From Bacteroidota bacterium (GTDB lineage Bacteria; Bacteroidota; Bacteroidia; Chitinophagales; JADIYW01): DNA of 64,000 nucleotides. Shown here one piece after another: positions 9,413 to 18,914 of this stretch (positions are counted from its first letter, which is position 1; each line of letters begins with the position of its first letter). Made by a program: the position numbers and the translations under genes. Below the pieces are notes generated by a model. The model made no database searches and was not told the DNA's origin. It saw nothing but the letters and a program-made list of their open reading frames with translations. The stretch is taken from contig JAGQYE010000024.1 of NCBI GenBank assembly GCA_020436225.1, positions 11,051 to 75,050 on the forward strand. The letters are read 5' to 3'.

Positions 9413-12139
9413 ATGACAAAAAAAATAGGCATATTCTTCATTTTTTCCCTTATTTCCATCCTTTCTTTTGGTCAAATTACTTTAAAAGGTGTGGTTATTG
9501 ATGCCAAAACTAAAGAAGCACTGCCATTTGTTAATTATTTTATCGGATTAAATAGCGGTGGCACAACAGACGACAGCGGAAGATTTGAGTTTGAAGTGAG
9601 TGCCAAAACAGATTCTGTACTTTTTACTTATCTCGGATATAAAAATGAAGTTTTAAGAAAACAATTTTTCAAAAAAGATTCTATCATCGTTAAAATGCAT
9701 TTAGATAATTATATGCTGGAAGAATTTACGGTGAAAGCTAGAAGAAAGAAAATTCCTAAAGATACTGTTGCTATTCGCATTTTCAGAAATGTAATTCAAC
9801 ATAAATCAGAAAACGAACCAAAAATTTACGATTCATATCAATACGAAGAATATCAGAAAACGGTTGCTTCTTTATATAATATAAGTTCAAAAATTACGCA
9901 AAAGAAAATTTTTAAACCATTTCGTTTTATTTTAGAAAATCAAGATAGTACAGAAACCGGCGAAAAATTTATTCCTTTAATTTTAAAAGAAACGCTTACC
10001 GATCAATATTTCAATAAAGATCCAAAGAAAAACAAACAAGTTGTTAAAGCCAGCAATGTTTCCGGCATCGAACAATTGCGTTTCTCCGATTTATTAGATT
10101 TGGCTTTTGATGAAATCAACGCTTATGGCAGCCAAGCGATGGTCAACGAGAAAACATTCGTGATGCCTTTTGCCGACGGCGCTTTAGCTTTATATAATTT
10201 CTATTTAATAGATAGCGTAAAAATAGCAGACGACACGAAACCTGTGGACAGCAGTAAATTTATTCATAACAGAATTGTTACATACACACAAAAAACGATT
10301 TACGATACTACAGTTGTCAAAACTTTAATTGATAGTTCTTTTCAAGATAGTTCTACTTCTAACACTACTTTCATCGATTCAACGCATCTTGACACCACAC
10401 TAAGATATTCAACTGCTTTAGTTATCGATAGCACATTTGTTACCGATAGCATTGTTTCCTTCGACACCATTGTGGTTTTAGATAGCATTTTAATTTACCA
10501 TCTCGCCTTCGTTCCGAAAGCAAAAGGCGATTTATTGTTTAAAGGAAGTGCCACTATCCGTGATGCTTCTTTTGCCATTACTGATATAGAGTTAGGTATC
10601 GACAAGCGTTCCAACATCAACTTCATCAATGATTTTTATTTAAAACAAAGTTTTGTTTATACCGATAAAGGTTGGTTTAAAAACAAAGAAGCACGAAGTT
10701 CAAACATAGCTATCACCAAACGAAAGAATGCAAAAAGTGTTCGCATTGCGCGTTATCTGAGTCGAAAAAATATTATAGTTGACCAACCGATTGCCGATAC
10801 AGTTCTAAACCAAGAAAACACTGTTTATCTAAAAAATTATCGAAGAAAGACCGATTCCTTTTGGGTAGCTTCTCGCCACGATTCGCTCACTGTTCCGGAA
10901 AGTAAAGTTTATTTCTTAATCGACTCTTTAAAACATACTCGATTTTACAAAGCCATTTCCAAAGTCGGCGGAATTTTTGCAAGTGGATATTACAAAACCA
11001 AAACTGTTGAGTTCGGAAATTTATACCAAATGGTAACTTGGAACGATTTAGAAGGTGTGCGTTTACGACTTAATTTAAGAAGCAATTGGCGTATAGAAAA
11101 ATGGGTAGATTGGAGTGTTTATGGTGCTTACGGCATCAAAGATAAACGCTTTAAATATGGTGCAGAATTGGGCATAAATTTGCCTGATAAGAGAAATAAA
11201 AAACATAAAATCACGCTTTCATTTAGAGACGATTATCAGCGATTTACTTTAAACAGCGATGGTTTAAGCTATGATTTCATCTATAAATCTATTACTCGAA
11301 AAGATGCTATTTCTGATTTAGTTTATTTGAAAGATGCCAAGATTTCTTATTCTCGAGAATGGATTCCAAATCTGACTACAACCTTAGATTTTAATTATAA
11401 AATCTATCAAACAATTCCGGGTAGCATTACGTTTACTAAATCCAACGGCATTCCGTTTTCACCGGATACTATCAGCCATTTCAGCATTTTTTCTCCGAGC
11501 ATAAACATCGTTTATACACCTGGCGCTAAGTTCTTGCAAGGCAGCGAACGTAATCGCTTCTTAAAAGGAAAATTGCCAAGATTTAATTTCACCTATTCGT
11601 TCAGCGAAAAGAAATTAGGAAGTGATTTTAATTTCCATAAAATTGAATTAATCATCGACGAACGTTTGCCCTCTCCAATTGGACATACTGTAATGCGTCT
11701 TATCGGCACTAAATTGTTTGGAACAGCACCTTATCCTTTGTTACATATTCATGCAGGCAATCAATCATTTCTTTACAATCCTGAACGCTTTACCAATATG
11801 TTGGAAACCGAATTTGTTGCCGACCAACAATTAACGTTTATGTTGGAACATCATTTCGATGGATTTTTCTTTAATAAAATTCCGGGTTGGAGAAAATTAG
11901 GATTGCGTGAAGTATTTACTACAAAAATGGCAGTTTCTAGTTTAAATCCTAAAAATGTAACCTTCTCAGATTTGCCTCCAAATATGAAAGGATTAAATGG
12001 TTTTTATGCCGAAGTTGGTTTTGCCATCGAGAATATATTAAAAATTGTTCGCGTTGATTTTAGCTGGCGTTTAACGCAACTCAATAATCCCGACGTAAAA
12101 AAATTCAGATGGGCAATTAGTTTCTCACCAAGTTTCTAA
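9413..12139 (+). CDS. Large secreted or outer-membrane protein: N-terminal carboxypeptidase-regulatory-like domain plus DUF5686-like body
   Basis: MTKKIGIFFIFSLISILSFGQ signal peptide, then ITLKGVVIDAKTKEALPFVNY (CarboxypepD_reg-like). Ends in ...WAISFSPSF, a beta-barrel-like terminal Phe. Confidence 0.75.
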   Translation: MTKKIGIFFIFSLISILSFGQITLKGVVIDAKTKEALPFVNYFIGLNSGGTTDDSGRFEFEVSAKTDSVLFTYLGYKNEVLRKQFFKKDSIIVKMHLDNYMLEEFTVKARRKKIPKDTVAIRIFRNVIQHKSENEPKIYDSYQYEEYQKTVASLYNISSKITQKKIFKPFRFILENQDSTETGEKFIPLILKETLTDQYFNKDPKKNKQVVKASNVSGIEQLRFSDLLDLAFDEINAYGSQAMVNEKTFVMPFADGALALYNFYLIDSVKIADDTKPVDSSKFIHNRIVTYTQKTIYDTTVVKTLIDSSFQDSSTSNTTFIDSTHLDTTLRYSTALVIDSTFVTDSIVSFDTIVVLDSILIYHLAFVPKAKGDLLFKGSATIRDASFAITDIELGIDKRSNINFINDFYLKQSFVYTDKGWFKNKEARSSNIAITKRKNAKSVRIARYLSRKNIIVDQPIADTVLNQENTVYLKNYRRKTDSFWVASRHDSLTVPESKVYFLIDSLKHTRFYKAISKVGGIFASGYYKTKTVEFGNLYQMVTWNDLEGVRLRLNLRSNWRIEKWVDWSVYGAYGIKDKRFKYGAELGINLPDKRNKKHKITLSFRDDYQRFTLNSDGLSYDFIYKSITRKDAISDLVYLKDAKISYSREWIPNLTTTLDFNYKIYQTIPGSITFTKSNGIPFSPDTISHFSIFSPSINIVYTPGAKFLQGSERNRFLKGKLPRFNFTYSFSEKKLGSDFNFHKIELIIDERLPSPIGHTVMRLIGTKLFGTAPYPLLHIHAGNQSFLYNPERFTNMLETEFVADQQLTFMLEHHFDGFFFNKIPGWRKLGLREVFTTKMAVSSLNPKNVTFSDLPPNMKGLNGFYAEVGFAIENILKIVRVDFSWRLTQLNNPDVKKFRWAISFSPSF

Positions 12140-12177
12140 AAATAAGCACTTCAGTTTTATGTTTGAGAAACTTAAAG

Positions 12178-12185
12178 TATTTTTG
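12178..12185 (+). promoter_or_regulatory. -7 box TATTTTTG
   Basis: Exact TAnnTTTG 20 nt upstream of the ATG at 12206. The 14-mer GTATTTTTGCACTC recurs upstream of prfA. Confidence 0.5.
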
Positions 12186-12205
12186 CACTCGAAAAAAAAA
12201 TAAAA

Positions 12206-12862
12206 ATGGATTTAGGAAAACTATACGTTAAATATCGCTTTTATGGTGCAATCGTACTTATTTTTATTGGCATTTTATTGCATATTTTCGTGCATAAAGG
12301 TTGGCAATGGTCGATCCTTCTTTATACAATCGGTATTTCTTATATTCTGTTTGATATTCTTATCGGACCAATGCGCTATCTACAAAAGAAAGTGGAAGCA
12401 GGCGATATTGATGGCGCAAAAGAAGTAATGAGCTGGATAAAATTTCCTAAACTTCTAATAAAACCGGTGCGTCAAGGTTACTATATGTTGCAATCTAATT
12501 TTGATATGGCAAACCAAGATTTAGATGCAGCAGAAGCCAACATCAGAAAAAGTTTAGCCAACAAAAGCGACATGATGGGCACTTCTCAAGAAGGCGTTTC
12601 TTATTTACAATTAGGTGGAATTGCCATGCAAAAAGGCGATGCTAAAGAAGCACTAAAAAATTTAAAAATTGCGCTACAAAAAGGACTTCCTGACGATGAT
12701 AACTTAGCAACGGCTTATCTCCAAATCTGTTCTATTTATGCGCAACGCAGAGAAATAAAAGTTGCCAAAGAATATCTTCGTCGTGCCAATAATTTAAAAG
12801 TGAAAAACGAAGAAATTAAAAAGCACCTTAAAGACATCAACAAACAAATGGCAAGAGCATAA
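12206..12862 (+). CDS. Membrane-anchored TPR-like protein (2 TM helices plus helical repeat region)
   Basis: 218 aa with two hydrophobic segments near the N-terminus, then A/L/K-rich helical repeats (GDAKEALKNLKIALQKG...). Confidence 0.65.
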   Translation: MDLGKLYVKYRFYGAIVLIFIGILLHIFVHKGWQWSILLYTIGISYILFDILIGPMRYLQKKVEAGDIDGAKEVMSWIKFPKLLIKPVRQGYYMLQSNFDMANQDLDAAEANIRKSLANKSDMMGTSQEGVSYLQLGGIAMQKGDAKEALKNLKIALQKGLPDDDNLATAYLQICSIYAQRREIKVAKEYLRRANNLKVKNEEIKKHLKDINKQMARA

Positions 12863-13223
12863 GTTGTTACATCTTGTTGGAGTAGGTAGAACTTCAATAT
12901 TACTATTACAAACTTACTTATCAATTTTCACTAAGTTAAATTGTTTGCAACTATATCTAATTTATTCTGAATAATAATTCAAGATTGGCTCAATCTTTCA
13001 TAAAAAATAAAATGAAAATATCTTAGCTCTGTAAACATCAATAAATACAGCCATTTCGGCTATATAATTTTTAAATGAGCATAAATAGCATTCTATATAT
13101 TATAAATTATCCAAGCTTCCAACCTTTTTCTTTTTAGCTTGTTTTCTTTTTAACGATAAATAATTCTTGCTTTTTTTCTTTAATGTTAGTGATTTAACTA
13201 ACTTCATTTTCAAATTCATCCAA

Positions 13224-14516
13224 ATGAAATATACCAGTATAAATCCGCAACTTTTTATCGACAATAGAAAAAGATTTATTGCTGAATTGCCGGCAAATTC
13301 TATGGCAATTTTATTAGCCAACGACGAAATGCCTCGCAGTGCCGACCAAACTTTTACCTTTCGCCAAAACCCTGATTTATTTTGGCTTTCCGGCATCGAC
13401 CAAGAAAAAACGATTTTAATAATTTATCCGGATTGCCCAAATCCATTATATAGAGAAGCACTTTTCTTACGCAAAACCAATGAAGTTATTGCCGTTTGGG
13501 AAGGTCATAAATATACCATGCAAGAAGCAAAAGAAACATCAGGCATCCAGCAAATATTTTGGGAAGAAAGCTTTGATGCTGCACTCAAAAGTTTGATGAC
13601 TTATTGCGATCGCGTGTATGTAAACATCAATGAAAACGACAGAAACGACAGTGCTGTACCTTATAAAGATATTCGTTTCGCCAACGAATTAAAATACAAT
13701 TATCCGGCACACGAAATAAAACGCTTGGGACCAATTATGTCAAAAATGCGCAGCATAAAACATCCGGTAGAAGTGGACTTAATCAAACAGGCTTGCAACA
13801 TCACGCGCGATGCTTTGAAACGCGTTTTAAAATTTATGCAACCCGGCGTTATGGAATACGAAGTAGAAGCTGAAATCATTCACGAATTTATTCGCCAACG
13901 TGCTAATGGACATGCTTATTCACCGATTATTGCCAGCGGATCAAATGCTTGTGTGTTACATTATGTTGAGAACAACAAACCTTGTAATGATGGCGATTTG
14001 GTGCTGATGGATTTTGGTGCAGAGTATGCCAATTATACCTCAGATTTAACGAGAACTATTCCGGCAAATGGAAAATTTTCTCAACGACAAAAAGAGGTTT
14101 ATAATGCTGTTTTACGTGTGATGAAACAAGCAAAAAACATGTTGAAACCCGGAAATATTTTAGCCGATTACAATAAAGAAGTTGGCAAAATTATGGAAAG
14201 CGAATTGATTGGGTTAGGTTTATTAGATAAAGATGCCGTTACTAAACAAGATCCGGAAAATCCGTTGTACAAAAAATACTTTATGCATGGCACTTCACAT
14301 TTTATGGGCATTGATGTACACGACATCGGCGACAGATATGCACCCATGCAAGTAGGCAATGTATTTACCTGCGAGCCGGGCATTTATATTCCGGAAGAAA
14401 AAATCGGCATCAGAATAGAAAACGATATTCTTATTACGAAAGATGGCATCATCGACTTAATGGATGATATTCCTATTGAAGTTGATGAAATCGAAACTTT
14501 GATGAACGAAAAATAA
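13224..14516 (+). CDS. pepP: Xaa-Pro aminopeptidase (M24B) with AMP_N domain
   Basis: DFGAEYANYTSDLTRT, HGTSHFMGIDVHD, EPGIY and IRIENDI metal-ligand motifs. First ATG at 13224 (MKYTSINPQLF); the upstream track extension is AT-rich junk. Confidence 0.9.
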   Translation: MKYTSINPQLFIDNRKRFIAELPANSMAILLANDEMPRSADQTFTFRQNPDLFWLSGIDQEKTILIIYPDCPNPLYREALFLRKTNEVIAVWEGHKYTMQEAKETSGIQQIFWEESFDAALKSLMTYCDRVYVNINENDRNDSAVPYKDIRFANELKYNYPAHEIKRLGPIMSKMRSIKHPVEVDLIKQACNITRDALKRVLKFMQPGVMEYEVEAEIIHEFIRQRANGHAYSPIIASGSNACVLHYVENNKPCNDGDLVLMDFGAEYANYTSDLTRTIPANGKFSQRQKEVYNAVLRVMKQAKNMLKPGNILADYNKEVGKIMESELIGLGLLDKDAVTKQDPENPLYKKYFMHGTSHFMGIDVHDIGDRYAPMQVGNVFTCEPGIYIPEEKIGIRIENDILITKDGIIDLMDDIPIEVDEIETLMNEK

Positions 14517-14552
14517 ATGTCATTATTATTTCTACTCAATTAATAAAAATTC

Positions 14553-15275
14553 ATGCTCGACAAAACAGAAGGTATAGTATTAAAAACCACTAAATTTTCT
14601 GAAAGTAGTTTAATCGTAAAAATATTTACCAAAAAATACGGCTTGCTGAGTTTTTTGGTACAAGGTGTTCGCAGTAGTAAAAACAAGCAAAAAGGAAATA
14701 TCTTACAAACATTCAATTGCTTGAATTTAGAAATTTATTTAAAAGAGCAGCGCAATTTAAATCGCATAAAAGAATATAGCACCAACATCATCTATAAAAA
14801 TTTATATACCGATTTCAACAAACAAAGTGTAGCGATTTTTTGTGTAGAATTAATTTCAAAATGCTTGAAAGAGCAAGAAGTAAATGAGCGATTATACAAT
14901 TACTTATCTCTTTTTTTAGTGGAATTAGATGAAGAAAATAACTCAATAGAAAATAAACCTTTATTTTTTTTATTGGAAACAGCCAGCATCTTAGGGTTTG
15001 AACCTTCTTTGCATAATATATCAAGTGGAAATTTTTTCAACTTAGAAAATGGCAGATTTGAGAACAACATGGTAGATGAAAAAAATTGTTTATCAGCAAT
15101 GGAAACGAATTTGCTTAAACAACTCTTGGCAATTTATTATGAAAAAAATGAATGGAAATTAAACTCAACAGAACGCAAAATTTTATTAGATAAATTGTTG
15201 TTGTATTTCCGTTGGCATGTTTCCGATTTTATAGAATTAAAATCACCAACAATTTTAAGCGAATTGCTGAAATAA
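14553..15275 (+). CDS. recO: DNA repair protein RecO
   Basis: 240 aa. The N-terminal OB-fold pattern MLDKTEGIVLKTTKFSESSLIVKIFTKKYGLLSFLVQGVRS is typical of RecO. Confidence 0.85.
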   Translation: MLDKTEGIVLKTTKFSESSLIVKIFTKKYGLLSFLVQGVRSSKNKQKGNILQTFNCLNLEIYLKEQRNLNRIKEYSTNIIYKNLYTDFNKQSVAIFCVELISKCLKEQEVNERLYNYLSLFLVELDEENNSIENKPLFFLLETASILGFEPSLHNISSGNFFNLENGRFENNMVDEKNCLSAMETNLLKQLLAIYYEKNEWKLNSTERKILLDKLLLYFRWHVSDFIELKSPTILSELLK

Positions 15276-15387
15276 ATCAAAAAAACCATTCTCACGAAAG
15301 TGAAAATCTAATTATTCAATTTTTTGAGATTCCTTTTTTCAAAGAAATGACTTTTAACACAACACAAACAATAATGAAAAAATTTAA

Positions 15388-15427
15388 TTCGCTAATTTGC
15401 TAATCAATTCATTCGCTAATTCTAATC
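15388..15427. repeat. Imperfect period-8 tandem array (TTCGCTAA TTTGCTAA TCAATTCA TTCGCTAA TTCTAATC)
   Basis: Read directly. It abuts the prfA stop codon (15428..15430) in the recO/prfA convergent spacer. Confidence 0.7.
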
Positions 15428-16498
15428 TTACAAACCGCCAGCTTTCAACTTCTCAGCGTTTTCTTCAAAAATTAATTTGTCGATGATGTCTTGTAAATCG
15501 CCGTTGATAATTTCAGATAAATTGTATAAAGTTAAATTGATGCGATGATCTGTAACTCTTCCTTGCGGATAATTATACGTCCTGATTTTTGCACTTCTAT
15601 CGCCTGTAGAAACTAAGGTTTTGCGTTGTTTAGCAATCGCTTCGTTATGTTCGTTCAATGCTTTTTCATACAAGCGCGTACGTAATACTTTTAAAGCACT
15701 TTCGTAGTTTTTATGTTGAGAGCGTCCATCTTGACACTCCGCAATAATGCCTGTTGGCAAGTGTGTTAATCGCACGGCAGATTCTGTTTTGTTGACGTGC
15801 TGACCGCCGGCACCGGATGCGCGATACACATCTTTTTTGATGTCAGCCATATTTAATTCCACATCAACTTCTTCCGCTTCTGGCAACACCGCCACCGATG
15901 CCGCTGAAGTATGTACTCTTCCTTGCGATTCAGTTTCCGGTACACGTTGCACACGATGCACACCACTTTCATATTTTAAAATACCATAAACACCATCGCC
16001 ATTAACTTCTACCACCACCTCTTTATAACCGCCGGAAGTGCCGGAGTTTTCATTCATAATTTCTGTACTCCAACCTTTGCTTTCGCAATATTTTAAATAC
16101 ATACGCAATAAATCGCCGGCGAAAATGCTGGCTTCATCGCCACCTGTTCCAGCACGAATTTCCAAGATGGCATTCTTGTCATCTTCCGGATCTTTTGGAA
16201 TTAATAAATAACGAATCTCCTCTTCTAATTTAGGCAATCGTTCTTCCTGAACGTCCAATTCCATTTTTGCCAATTCCCGCATTTCTGCATCTTTTTCTTC
16301 CACGAGAATTTGCTTGTTGTACGATAAATTAGACAATAATTTCTTGTATTCTAAATAAGCATTTACTATAGGTTCGAGGTCTTTATATTCTTTCGAAGTT
16401 TTCTTAAATTTTTGCATATCGCTTACTACTTCAGGGTCGCTCAACTGCGATTCCAAATCTTTATATCTAAAGTAAATAAGCTCTAATTTGTCTAACAT
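15428..16498 (-). CDS. prfA: Peptide chain release factor 1
   Basis: 356 aa with the GGQHVNKTESAVRLTH (GGQ) motif and PxT-type domain. No internal frameshift. Confidence 0.96.
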   Translation of the reverse strand: MLDKLELIYFRYKDLESQLSDPEVVSDMQKFKKTSKEYKDLEPIVNAYLEYKKLLSNLSYNKQILVEEKDAEMRELAKMELDVQEERLPKLEEEIRYLLIPKDPEDDKNAILEIRAGTGGDEASIFAGDLLRMYLKYCESKGWSTEIMNENSGTSGGYKEVVVEVNGDGVYGILKYESGVHRVQRVPETESQGRVHTSAASVAVLPEAEEVDVELNMADIKKDVYRASGAGGQHVNKTESAVRLTHLPTGIIAECQDGRSQHKNYESALKVLRTRLYEKALNEHNEAIAKQRKTLVSTGDRSAKIRTYNYPQGRVTDHRINLTLYNLSEIINGDLQDIIDKLIFEENAEKLKAGGL

Positions 16499-16515
16499 AA
16501 TAAAAAAATAGAGTG

Positions 16516-16523
16516 CAAAAATA
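16516..16523 (-). promoter_or_regulatory. -7 box TATTTTTG for prfA
   Basis: Minus strand reads GTATTTTTGCACTC, 17 nt upstream of the prfA ATG. Confidence 0.5.
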
Positions 16524-16603
16524 CGATTTTAAAAGCAAATATTCGTGGCATCGTTTCTATCAAATAAAAAGGAATTATTATTTTGTGTTTAAAACAATAA
16601 ACT

Positions 16604-17019
16604 ATGAGTATGCTTCCACTTTTAGCGATTTCCACGTTCATTTTGATTTTATTTTTTGGATTAATCGTTTTCTTTATTTTTTGTAACTGGAAAATTTTCA
16701 CCAAGGCAGGACAAGCAGGTTGGAAAAGCCTAATCCCGTTTTACAATATTTATATCCAATTGCAAATTGCAAAACAACCCACAATTTGGTTGTTGTTTTT
16801 CTTCATTCCCCTTATTAATATTTACTTCGCAATACGACATGTTCATGGCATTTCCAGAGCGTTTGGTAAAGATGTCGGTTTTACAATTGGACTGATTTTA
16901 TTGCCGTACATATTTATTCCGAGCCGTACATATTTATTCCGATTTTAGCATTTGGCGATGCTGAGTATATTTATAAAGACGGCGATAGCTTAATGAATGA
17001 ACTGCATGAGATTAGCTGA
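16604..17019 (+). pseudogene. Small membrane protein (DUF5684-like) whose C-terminus is frameshifted by a 20-bp tandem duplication; the ORF as it stands is 16604..16948
   Basis: KAGQAGWKSLIPFYNIY...LLPYIFIP, then out-of-frame SRTYLFRF*. Deleting one repeat copy restores ...IFIPILAFGDAEYIYKDGDSLMNELHEIS* ending at 17019. Confidence 0.6.
16903..16942. repeat. Perfect 20-bp direct tandem duplication (GCCGTACATATTTATTCCGA x2)
   Basis: Copies at 16903..16922 and 16923..16942, anchored to the stop codon at 16946..16948. Confidence 0.9.
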
Positions 17020-17111
17020 GATGAAAATGCATAATTTAAAATGAAGCATAGAAAACAGTAGAGTTTATTGGAAGATAGTTGAATTAAAAGTTGATATACC
17101 TTAGAAATAAT

Positions 17112-17140
17112 AAAGTCGGGTGCCTTTAGCACCCGACTTT
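17112..17140. terminator. Bidirectional hairpin terminator between convergent genes
   Basis: AAAGTCGGGTGC, 5-nt loop, GCACCCGACTTT (12-bp stem) with flanking A/T runs. Confidence 0.75.
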
Positions 17141-17176
17141 ATTCAACAAACTAATGGAAAATCTAAATAGTCAATT

Positions 17177-17992
17177 TTAACTATTAGCAATCATATTAAA
17201 AATTCGTTTCACTACCTTTGAATAACCTAAAGGCATCGTTCTGGATAAGCGATCGCCCATTTCTGCATCAATGCCAATTATTATACGTTGATTTTTTCTT
17301 TCAATGTGTTTAAGTATAACTTTTGCTGCTTCTTCCGGCGAAGTGCGTTCCAACATTTTTTGAAATTTGGTATCTAAAAGTGCATCTTCTTTATAGTGAA
17401 TTGCATTTTTATAAATGTTCGTATTAATGCCACCCGGATGCACGCAATACACTTCTACATTTGTATCAGAAAGTTCCATACGTAACGATTCTGTAAATCC
17501 TCGAACTGCAAATTTTGTGGTGCAATAAGGCACTTGCTCCATTACGCCAACCAATCCAAACAAACTGGAAGTATTGATAATCGCAGCTTCTGGGCGACTT
17601 AATAAAGTGTCTAAAAATAATTTTGTATGATGAATAACGCCGTAAAGATTTACATCAATTAATTTTTTGAAATCTTCCATCTTCACATCTTGCAAAGTAA
17701 TTTTACCTAAGGCAAATCCGGCATTGTTGAACAACATATCAATATATCCAAATTCATCCAAAACTTTCTTGGCAAATGTGGTTATGGACTTTTCGTCAGA
17801 CACATCAACAACGTAAGTATGGCATTCTGCTCCCACCGTTTCAACTAAAGTTTTCGTTTCTTCTAATCCAATTTTATTTTTATCTGATAAAATTAGAGCC
17901 GCATGTTTCATTGCCAATTCAATAGCTAAAGCTCTTCCGATTCCGGAACCTGCTCCGGTTATAACTGCAATCTTGTTTTTAAAATTTCTCAT
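17177..17992 (-). CDS. Short-chain dehydrogenase/reductase (classical SDR)
   Basis: TGAGSGIGRA cofactor motif, NNAG, catalytic YCTTK. Confidence 0.88.
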   Translation of the reverse strand: MRNFKNKIAVITGAGSGIGRALAIELAMKHAALILSDKNKIGLEETKTLVETVGAECHTYVVDVSDEKSITTFAKKVLDEFGYIDMLFNNAGFALGKITLQDVKMEDFKKLIDVNLYGVIHHTKLFLDTLLSRPEAAIINTSSLFGLVGVMEQVPYCTTKFAVRGFTESLRMELSDTNVEVYCVHPGGINTNIYKNAIHYKEDALLDTKFQKMLERTSPEEAAKVILKHIERKNQRIIIGIDAEMGDRLSRTMPLGYSKVVKRIFNMIANS

Positions 17993-18057
17993 TCGAAGTA
18001 TTTTTATAATATCTAAGGTATTGATTCATATCAATTAATGCACTTAACAAAGGTGAA

Positions 18058-18092
18058 AAATGTACACTATAAGATTTTATTTTGTACATTTG
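18058..18092. promoter_or_regulatory. 9-bp inverted repeat AAATGTACA-N16-TGTACATTT containing the -7 box TACATTTG (18085..18092, plus strand) and a mirrored TACATTTT on the minus strand
   Basis: Read in the divergent SDR/YceI spacer. The plus-strand box is 58 nt upstream of the YceI ATG. Confidence 0.45.
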
Positions 18093-18150
18093 AATAGCGT
18101 AAATAAACTTTTTGGTTCAATTATTGTATATACAATAATAAAAATCAAAT

Positions 18151-18768
18151 ATGTACTTAAAAGTAGCAACATTATTAACTGTATGTTTTGCATTCGGGAA
18201 TTTTGAAACAGAAATTGTCAATGCCAAAAACAATACGACTGCAACTACAGTAAAAGTAAATACGCAAACGAGTTCTATTGAATGGATTGGCAAAAAGATT
18301 TTAGGACAACACAAAGGTGTGGTAAATATTAAATCCGGAGAATTATCAATCAAAGGTGAAGTTATTACTGGCGGAAATTTCATAATTGACATGACTAGTA
18401 TTAATTGCACAGACATTGAAGATGCGGATTATGATAAGAAATTGGAAAAACATTTGAGAAGTACCGACTTTTTTAATGTTGATGAATTTCCAACAGCTAC
18501 ATTAAAAATTACTAAAGTGTTAAAGTATCTTAATAAAGAGAATGAATATAAACTTTTTGCTGATTTAAACATTAAAGGTATAACAAAGAGTATATCATTT
18601 CCTGCAACGTTCAAAAAAGTGGGAAATATATTTGAAGGAAATGCATCATTCACTATCGACAGATCTCAATGGGATGTGCGATATGGTTCAACTAGCTTTT
18701 TCGACGGTTTAGGCGACAAAGCTATCAAGAATGAGATTGAGTTTAACGTGAAGATTGCATCATATTAG
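18151..18768 (+). CDS. YceI-family periplasmic (lipid/polyisoprenoid-binding-like) protein
   Basis: Signal peptide, then SSIEWIGKKILGQHKGVVNIKSGELSI...FFNVDEFPTATLKITKV, typical of YceI-like proteins. Confidence 0.8.
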   Translation: MYLKVATLLTVCFAFGNFETEIVNAKNNTTATTVKVNTQTSSIEWIGKKILGQHKGVVNIKSGELSIKGEVITGGNFIIDMTSINCTDIEDADYDKKLEKHLRSTDFFNVDEFPTATLKITKVLKYLNKENEYKLFADLNIKGITKSISFPATFKKVGNIFEGNASFTIDRSQWDVRYGSTSFFDGLGDKAIKNEIEFNVKIASY

Positions 18769-18829
18769 TTTGAACTCTATTGATTGCCGAGAGGCAATTG
18801 GGTTTTTCATAGTTTTATGGTTTTTGTGG

Positions 18830-18865
18830 CTTGTCCGATCCTCTGGGTCGGACAAGTCATTTTTT
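18830..18865 (+). terminator. Rho-independent terminator after the YceI-family gene
   Basis: CTTGTCCGA, 9-nt loop, TCGGACAAG, followed by TCATTTTTT. Confidence 0.7.
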
Positions 18866-18914
18866 AGGCATACTAAATAAAAAAGAATTCTAATGAAACG
18901 TAGATGAAAAACAT

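Noticed and set aside
13100-13396. 98-aa minus-strand ORF overlapping the pepP start
   Set aside because: It is antisense to a well-supported gene and runs into AT-rich spacer. Its Lys-rich tail comes from poly-T/A DNA, and there is no promoter box.
15212-15403. 63-aa plus-strand ORF overlapping the recO 3' end
   Set aside because: It lies in an alternative frame of recO and extends into the octamer array, with no start context or motif.
16492-16704. 70-aa minus-strand ORF overlapping the prfA start and the DUF5684-like gene
   Set aside because: It spans the prfA promoter region and is antisense to a better-supported ORF. It is AT-rich, low-complexity translation.
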